From a virus, in IMG/VR virus record IMGVR_UViG_2912849059_000001: 64,000 nucleotides of DNA. One strand, given 5' to 3'. Shown piece by piece: positions 57,678 through 64,000 of this stretch. Each line of letters starts with the position of its first letter. Position 1 is the stretch's first letter. The notes below the pieces were generated by a model. It saw only the letters and a program-made list of their open reading frames with translations, ran no database searches and was not told where the DNA came from. The translations under genes and the position numbers were made by a program.

Positions 57678-58046
57678 TCATACCTTTTCACAATAAATTT
57701 CAATGTGATGATTCATAAATGCAGGATTACGTGGTTCGCCTTTTACTTCAAACATATAATCAACGCCTAATTCTTCACTTTTGAAATGGATACGATCATT
57801 AGGTTTAATTTTGTAGGAAGCAGGTGCATATATCTTAAAGGTTGTATCGAAATTTTGTTTATCACGCTTAAACCTCTCATTATCAGCAGCAGAATTAGTA
57901 GTTACACGACAAGTCATATTCTCATAAACGTCTTCATCTACTTCTGCATAATTACCCGAGGATTGTTTCTTTTTCATTTTTCGTTTTACTACTACCTCAT
58001 GAATATATAAATCATCCATATCGCCATCATCGAAGTACGTATTCAT
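57678..58046 (-). CDS. Head-tail adaptor/closure protein
   Basis: Synteny; IKPNDRI, HHIEIYC. Confidence 0.7.
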   Translation of the reverse strand: MNTYFDDGDMDDLYIHEVVVKRKMKKKQSSGNYAEVDEDVYENMTCRVTTNSAADNERFKRDKQNFDTTFKIYAPASYKIKPNDRIHFKSEELGVDYMFEVKGEPRNPAFMNHHIEIYCEKV

Positions 58047-58579
58047 GTAGCCATCACCGGCTTAACTCTTGCTCTAAAGCCTTTTAAACCATTGAGTATC
58101 TTATTGTTTGTAGCTGGTTCATCTAGCGTTTCTGGGCTAATCTGGTACGAATAATCTCCTATACTCTCCGATGTCTTCATACCTTTTCTTTGTAAGTTAG
58201 CACGAACTACTGCAGAAACAACCAAATCAATAATACATTTCTTCATAAGTACCTGCAGATCATCATAATCTTGTATCTTATATTCGAATTCATATAACTG
58301 ATTTTCGGATAAACCATAAACAATACGCCCATTTACAGTAATAGAATCGGTCATATCTTGTTTAGAACTAACATGAGTTACTTTTGCTATAGATTCAGCA
58401 GGAAAAGAAAGCCAAGCTAGTTTGCTTGTTTGAATGACTTCTTTCATTGGATTCACCGGCTTCACTCTTAAATACTTTCTAACAATAACTGCATAGTAAT
58501 CTATTAGTTCTTGAATTACTGTATCAGGCATCTTCTGCACATTTACGCGGCCTTTAATGTCCTGCAAGGTAATATCCAT
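58043..58579 (-). CDS. Head-tail connector protein
   Basis: SESIGDYSY motif. Confidence 0.75.
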   Translation of the reverse strand: MDITLQDIKGRVNVQKMPDTVIQELIDYYAVIVRKYLRVKPVNPMKEVIQTSKLAWLSFPAESIAKVTHVSSKQDMTDSITVNGRIVYGLSENQLYEFEYKIQDYDDLQVLMKKCIIDLVVSAVVRANLQRKGMKTSESIGDYSYQISPETLDEPATNNKILNGLKGFRARVKPVMAT

Positions 58580-58743
58580 TATGTTTCTTTCTCCTTCTTA
58601 TCGACTTCTTTTACAAGTTCAAAATGTCCAGTACTTACAAGGTAATCAGCTTTTTCATTTGCAACTATTTCTTCTTGGCCATTCTTAAACTTTTGTCCAT
58701 AAGCGGTGTAAGTGCCACCGTATCGCAGCATAACTACTTTCAT
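58579..58743 (-). CDS. Small head-associated protein (YqbF-like), 54 aa
   Basis: AAGGGGTG RBS; ADYLVSTGHFE. Confidence 0.55.
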   Translation of the reverse strand: MKVVMLRYGGTYTAYGQKFKNGQEEIVANEKADYLVSTGHFELVKEVDKKEKET

Positions 58744-58913
58744 AATTAACACCCCTTTCACGAATGTAAACTATTACATGAAAGTTTACATTCGTATTGT
58801 TGGTTTCATTGGCTCTAACTCGTTTTCTATTAAAAACAAGAAAATAACAAAAAAGTATACATTCAAAACCCTAATAACAAAGGGTTTCTTTCCATAAAAA
58901 ATACGCCTGGATA

Positions 58914-59891
58914 TTAAGCTCCAAACGTATCCGGAATATTTGTTAGGATTGCTACTGCATCCATTTCTTGAATTACTGCATCATCATCAAAGTGAATTAC
59001 ATAGAATCGTTTATCTTCCATTACTGCAGATTTACCTTCTGTTGTTTTACGAATGCGAGTCTCATAGGTGTTAACAGCAATAAAGTTACGTGGATCTGCA
59101 AGAATAATAATGTCATCTGATAAAGAAGGAACTGTAACAATCCCATAACCCATTGGTTTATTTACTTGATCGCCAGCTCCTAATAACGCAGCGTCTCCCG
59201 CTCCAGTTGGACGGTTTGTTAAATATTCAATCCATTTTTCTCTACGATTTGGTGACATAATCCAACGTAGATTACTATTTTTATATTTATTTGGCATTAC
59301 ACCAGATAAAGCAAAGATCGAACCTTTACCAAATCCATTAGCTTTTGCTTCTTCCCCTGTACCAGTTACTAGTTTAGCGTGGTCAATAATATGCGATTCT
59401 TTTGATTTTAGAATCTTCTTCAACCAGCCATCGTTAATTGATAAAAATGGATCAGATGATTCTACATCACCATTCCAGTGTAAGTCCTCTAAATCAATAC
59501 CTGTTTGAGTTGACATAAGTGTCATTACAGTATCTTCAAAGCCTTCACCTTCAATATTTTCACGCAGCGTTTCTTCTGTAATTTCCCAAGGTAGACGAAG
59601 TGCTTTTGTATTGTATGGAATAGTTGATGTATTAACACCTGCACGGTAATCCTCATCTTTATTCTCTGTTTTCTTACGTAGAATGCGGCCGCCAATACCA
59701 ACTTTATCAAGTACACCTTGTTTTGCTTTACGCATCTCTTTTCGATGTAATTGAGAGAATGGTGTTGCGTCAAATGCCATTCTAAAGAATTCTTTACTTT
59801 GCTCTGGATTTAATAAACCAGAAGAAACTGAACCTGTAGTAATTGTCTTTTCAATTTTAGATAAACGATTTAATAATTGTTGATTGTTCAT
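58914..59891 (-). CDS. Major capsid protein (XkdG/P2-like)
   Basis: GLLNPEQSKEF, ENIEGEGFEDT, NDGWLK. Confidence 0.9.
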   Translation of the reverse strand: MNNQQLLNRLSKIEKTITTGSVSSGLLNPEQSKEFFRMAFDATPFSQLHRKEMRKAKQGVLDKVGIGGRILRKKTENKDEDYRAGVNTSTIPYNTKALRLPWEITEETLRENIEGEGFEDTVMTLMSTQTGIDLEDLHWNGDVESSDPFLSINDGWLKKILKSKESHIIDHAKLVTGTGEEAKANGFGKGSIFALSGVMPNKYKNSNLRWIMSPNRREKWIEYLTNRPTGAGDAALLGAGDQVNKPMGYGIVTVPSLSDDIIILADPRNFIAVNTYETRIRKTTEGKSAVMEDKRFYVIHFDDDAVIQEMDAVAILTNIPDTFGA

Positions 59892-59911
59892 ATTGTTTAT
59901 TCCTCCTTATA

Positions 59912-61114
59912 TTACAAGTTTAAATTTGAGAATACTGATTTTTTTATTGGTTGTTGTCCTGGTGTAACTTCTTCATCTGGATCTAAACCTTTACGGATAG
60001 AAGCAGCATTTTCGATATTTTCAAGCCGCTTTGTAATTGGTTCTAATGCTTTTTGAATAAATGCTGCAGCTTTTTCTTCCTCTGTTTGCTCTTCTGGCGT
60101 CGGTTCTACCTCTTCACCATTCACCTGTTTTTCAATCTTTTCTAACTTAGTAGCTAGTGGTTCTACTGCTTGTTTAACAATCTCTGCAATATCTTCTGCT
60201 TTCATTTCCTCTTCCTCCTCTGGTGAAGCAGCTTCTTTTATTTCGCTAATCAAAGCTAATGCTTCATCTAATTTCGCATGATTCTTTTGGGATAATACTT
60301 TCCCAGCTTTTTTAATACTTTCTAATACAATGCTCTCTGCTTGTACACTATCTTCTGATTTCGCGATGGTATAACCACCTTTAATAGAAGAAAGAATTTC
60401 CTTCATATCATCAAGAGCAGTTGTCATTCGGTCGATATCGGGATTATTCTCCCAAATCTCCCAATAGAACACATCTTCGAACAAATTAAAAACGGCACGT
60501 AAATCGCGGTTCTGTCTTTCGTCTACAAAACGATCTTTTACTTCTCCTTTTTTAATATCGTGTTTTTCACCTTTGAAGAAACCGACCATTTTACGAATAA
60601 TACCTTTCTCTTCATGAGTAAGATCATCTGCTTTCGTGATTTCTACACGTTCACCAAATCCACCCATTGAAAAGCCAGTTACATCACCCTTTTTAATTTC
60701 TTCCCAGGTGTCTGTATCATCAACACGAACAGTCATAAGCCATGTTCCTGCTTTTACTTCTTGTTCACCTACTGTCATATCACTTTTAGCAATCCAGTTT
60801 TCAACCACAGTCCCTTTACCAGCGATTTCATCATGTTGCTTGTCGATGTGTTGGTAATTTTCCATAAAGGTATAAGCAGCCTTTTCTATTTCTTCTGCGG
60901 TCATAATATCCCCATGTGAATCTTCTACATCTGGTTCATATACAACACCTGTAACAAGCTGCTTCTCTTCTTCTGTCTTAAGGATTGGAACTTGCTTTGA
61001 TATATTTGGTTGTTTAGCAGATTCACTTTTCATAATGGCAAATTGACGACCGTTTGCGCCCTTTGTAACTAGTGAAATATAACTGATATTGGCGTTTTTT
61101 AGTTCGTATCCCAT
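59912..61114 (-). CDS. XkdF-like prohead protease/scaffold
   Basis: YISLVTKGANG, GVVYEPD..DSHGD, TGFSMGG. Confidence 0.88.
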   Translation of the reverse strand: MGYELKNANISYISLVTKGANGRQFAIMKSESAKQPNISKQVPILKTEEEKQLVTGVVYEPDVEDSHGDIMTAEEIEKAAYTFMENYQHIDKQHDEIAGKGTVVENWIAKSDMTVGEQEVKAGTWLMTVRVDDTDTWEEIKKGDVTGFSMGGFGERVEITKADDLTHEEKGIIRKMVGFFKGEKHDIKKGEVKDRFVDERQNRDLRAVFNLFEDVFYWEIWENNPDIDRMTTALDDMKEILSSIKGGYTIAKSEDSVQAESIVLESIKKAGKVLSQKNHAKLDEALALISEIKEAASPEEEEEMKAEDIAEIVKQAVEPLATKLEKIEKQVNGEEVEPTPEEQTEEEKAAAFIQKALEPITKRLENIENAASIRKGLDPDEEVTPGQQPIKKSVFSNLNL

Positions 61115-61227
61115 CGTTTTACCTCCTTCCCTATAAATATTGGGGTTCCACTGTCAAAACGCATAGCAGCCAATTTAAAGCCGTATACGTTTTGACGATG
61201 AAACCCCAATCAAATAGGTGTATTTTA

Positions 61228-61404
61228 TTACTCTTCTGAAACCATAGTGCAGCGACAATGTGGATGAGCTGGCGGACACATCTTTCCGTTGCTAAATAAA
61301 TCATCAATATCTACTGTTTCCCCATGTAAACCACCACATTCTTTACAAACACGCTCATCGTTTCCTGTAAGCCATGTTTTCTTGTTTCTATTTGCGCCCT
61401 TATA
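61228..61404 (-). pseudogene. C-terminal remnant of a head morphogenesis (SPP1 gp7/Mu gpF-like) gene
   Basis: KKTWL..NDERVCKEC...PPAHPHCRC; truncated by the Tn4430 end at 61405. Confidence 0.88.
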
Positions 61405-61416
61405 GGGGTACCGCCA
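61405..61416 (+). mobile_element. Outer 12 bp of a Tn4430 IR (GGGGTACCGCCA)
   Basis: Identical to the IR start at 7397. Confidence 0.85.
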
Positions 61417-61545
61417 CATCGCTATCAAGTTAAGCTTATGCAAAGTCAATTTTAGGCGAGATTGTTTCTTTTTTCTAAGGAGCAAGTATAGGTGATTGAA
61501 AGATTTGCATACGAAATAAACCCTACCGGGTTTCACTTTTTTGAA

Positions 61546-62967
61546 TTAAGCGGCTTGATTATCAGACATAGAATTGTAAACGACACCTAATATATCAAAG
61601 ACCGTTTTTTTCTCATATCGATGAGATTTCCGCCCGTTTTGCTGTAGAAGATTGAACAGACGAAGTAACACCTTTGATAGCTCTTGGGTGTTTTTCTGTA
61701 TAGTTTGGAATAGAAGAAGAAAATAGTCTTTAATCATATATATGGCTTTATACTCACTAAGCTCTCGTTTTTTCTTCATGAGGAGCAATTGGCGCATTTG
61801 AAACATGATAGAAGAACAGAGTAGAATGGCAATCAATTGACCATATAAATGGCACTCTAATCGTTCTGCTTTTATCTTTTTACAATGATGAATTTGAAAG
61901 AATGACTTCCACGTTTTAAATAAAATTTCGATTTGCCAACGCAAAGAATACCAGTCATGTACCTGTCCCATAGGGACAATATCTGTAGGGGTGTTTGTCA
62001 TATATACATTGATACCGCTGAGTCGTTTACTACGAGGAGAATACTTCATTCCTTTCTTTTTTTCTCTTACAGCTTGATCTTGTAATCGTTTTTGTTGCTG
62101 TTGTTTTGTTAATCGATGAACAATTACACGAGCTGGCACTTTATCATTCATTCCTACATAAGCATCAGCTACTTCACACGTTTGTCCTGGTTGAAGGGAG
62201 TTCATTAACGTCTCTATATCTATCTGTATATACTCTGTACCTTTCTTAATTCTTCCATCTTGAAAATAATCAGGGTTAGGATTTTTTTGATACATACGTG
62301 TGTTCGACTTGATACGAGAGATATAGTAGGCCTCTTTATCTTGTATATATTGAAGGTCTTTTAAATGAAAATAACCTAAATCTCGGATACATAAATCATT
62401 TGCTGTCACAGTTGGGGCACACAAAGAGCCGTAAGTGCGATCATGTTGTTTACCTGGACCTGTATGAATATGAAGGAACTGTCCACTTAACAAATCATAC
62501 TCAAGTTGAATTTTTATCCCAGCTGTATGGCTACATCCTCCTGCACCTGGATAAACCGATGAAAATACATCAGGGAGTTGAAATGCAGTTGAATCTAAAA
62601 TACGAATACGCTTAAAAACAGAAGTATATGGAGAAGAAATCGGTATAGATGAGGTCAATTTTCGGCTTAGTAGTTCAGCTAGTATGTGTTGTAGAAATTG
62701 GACGGCTGCTTTATTAAATCGTTGGTTCAGTCCCTCGGGACTGATGAGCACTTCTGTCGAGGCTTCTAAACAGCTAGATAACTGAGTTAAAGACGTCGTA
62801 GCGATATTTTGGTTCATCCATACACATAAAGCGACTAAATCTTTTGCTTGGTACTTACTGGTTCGTTGTACGAAACCAACATCTCGAGCAAGATTCCGTA
62901 AGGTATTTGGAGATAAAAAACGTTGAATCTCTTGAGCAAATAGTTGTAATTCATCAGAAACAGACAT
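61546..62967 (-). CDS. IS231-like transposase (divergent), 473 aa from MSVSDEL
   Basis: [20 protein letters not shown]. Confidence 0.94.
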   Translation of the reverse strand: MSVSDELQLFAQEIQRFLSPNTLRNLARDVGFVQRTSKYQAKDLVALCVWMNQNIATTSLTQLSSCLEASTEVLISPEGLNQRFNKAAVQFLQHILAELLSRKLTSSIPISSPYTSVFKRIRILDSTAFQLPDVFSSVYPGAGGCSHTAGIKIQLEYDLLSGQFLHIHTGPGKQHDRTYGSLCAPTVTANDLCIRDLGYFHLKDLQYIQDKEAYYISRIKSNTRMYQKNPNPDYFQDGRIKKGTEYIQIDIETLMNSLQPGQTCEVADAYVGMNDKVPARVIVHRLTKQQQQKRLQDQAVREKKKGMKYSPRSKRLSGINVYMTNTPTDIVPMGQVHDWYSLRWQIEILFKTWKSFFQIHHCKKIKAERLECHLYGQLIAILLCSSIMFQMRQLLLMKKKRELSEYKAIYMIKDYFLLLFQTIQKNTQELSKVLLRLFNLLQQNGRKSHRYEKKTVFDILGVVYNSMSDNQAA

Positions 62968-63079
62968 AAAAAACGCCATCCTTTCCTATGATTCTACAGA
63001 AAGAATAGCGTTTTTTTCTCTTTATGGATACATTTTTTTAGCTCGATAGCGATGTGGTGTTACCTCAAATATAATTATT

Positions 63080-63298
63080 TTATTTGAAGGTCCCTTTTAA
63101 ATTTTTATTAAATCTTTTCATAGGTTGATATACAAGGACGTGTAATGATAAACCTATCACTGCAGTAATGTTCAAAATAATACTTATAATCATTAAAGAC
63201 CATTCTATAACTGGAGAAAAGTATCCGTTCGTGCTTAATGTAGAAGAACTGATACCTAGTAGTAAAATCACTATTAGTAAAGGTAAGTTTTTAACCAA
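63080..63298 (-). CDS. Passenger two-TM membrane protein, 72 aa
   Basis: AAGGGGG RBS; hydrophobic; lies between inner and outer IRs. Confidence 0.7.
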   Translation of the reverse strand: MVKNLPLLIVILLLGISSSTLSTNGYFSPVIEWSLMIISIILNITAVIGLSLHVLVYQPMKRFNKNLKGTFK

Positions 63299-63451
63299 TT
63301 TGAATCCCCCTTTTAAATATAATATCTTTATATTATTATATCACACTGGATTATGTAATTAATATAAGATAGTTATCTATGAGAATTTAACATATTTTCT
63401 CTTTTTGGGGGTGACCTACTTCTTTAGCTTGATAGCGATGGGGTACCGCCA

Positions 63452-64000
63452 CATGCCCATCAACTTAAGAATTTGCACTACCCCCAAGTGTCAAAAAACG
63501 TTATTCTTTCTAAAAAGCTAGCTAGAAAGGATGACATTTTTTATGAATCTTTCAATTCAAGATGAATTACAACTATTTTCTGAAGAGCTGTATCGTCATT
63601 TAACCCCTTCTCTTTTGGAAGAACTCGCTAAAGAATTAGGTTTTGTAAAAAGAAAACGAAAGTTTTCAGGAAATGAATTAGCTACCATATGTATCTGGGT
63701 CAGTCAACGTACAGCGAGTGATTCTCTCGTTCGACTATGCAGTCAATTACACGCCGCCACAGGCACTCTTATGAGTCCAGAAGGACTCAATAAACGCTTT
63801 GATAAAAAAGCGGTTGAATTTTTGAAATATATTTTTTCTGCATTATGGAAAAGTAAACTTTGTAAAACATCAGCCATTTCAAGTGCAGCACTCACGTATT
63901 TTCAACGAATCCGTATTTTAGATGCGACGATTTTCCAAGTACCGAAACATTTAGCACATGTATATCCTGGGTCAGGTGGTTGTGCACAAACTGCAGGTAT
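63452..64000 (+). mobile_element. IS231 copy (partial, runs off the window), inverted relative to 11545-13199; transposase starts at 63543
   Basis: Reverse complement of the 13199 end by inspection; starts CATGCCCATCAACTTAAGAA. Confidence 0.95.

Larger units (their letters stand above)
61417..63440 (-). mobile_element. Second IS231-group element (2024 bp) with a passenger gene
   Basis: IRs CATCGCTATCAAG; TSD GGGTACCGCCA at 61406-61416 and 63441-63451; extra internal IR at 63037-63054. Confidence 0.9.

Noticed and set aside
58760-58795. dif/Xer or telomere-resolution site
   Set aside because: ATGTAAACT arms face the wrong way with a 10-bp spacer; no protelomerase gene
61405-61536. N-terminal half of the 102-aa ORF 61228-61536
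   Set aside because: Derived from IS and Tn ends; only 61228-61404 is phage coding sequence
385-63362. Many 60-190-aa ORFs antisense to or nested in long genes (e.g. 4460-5020, 52982-53410)
   Set aside because: Shadow frames without RBS or protein-like features
1-64000. CRISPR array, tRNA/rRNA, cry toxin, phage integrase
   Set aside because: No repeat-spacer array, RNA gene or Cry motif seen; the only tyrosine recombinase is TnpI

Overview
Bacillus cereus-group (B. thuringiensis-like) DNA. Most of the window (13212-61404) is a siphovirus-like phage-plasmid read mainly on the minus strand. From right to left it carries head and tail genes, an unusual multi-paralogue fibre/adhesion module, holin and endolysin, a moron cassette, Rap-Phr, a ParM/ParR/parC partition locus, a Rep module, an ImmR/ImmA-type switch and early genes. 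No terminase, portal or integrase is seen in the window. Both ends are cut by Tn4430 ends carrying IS231-group elements inserted at one 11-bp target. Bases 1-7396 are a direct copy of 42427-49824 ending at a Tn4430 junction. The most notable element is an IS110 inserted at a CT core inside the holin Shine-Dalgarno. Its circle junction would form a TTGACT-17-TATGAT promoter, and its left end contains guide segments matching that RBS target, i.e. a bridge RNA that appears programmed against a Shine-Dalgarno sequence. Other highlights are a Ser1 proteasome-beta-like gene, a multi-peptide Phr, stop-codon-anchored 18-bp linkers in the early gene array, a countertranscript-type rep leader and two candidate type I TA loci. 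All family assignments are from motif recognition, not database searches.
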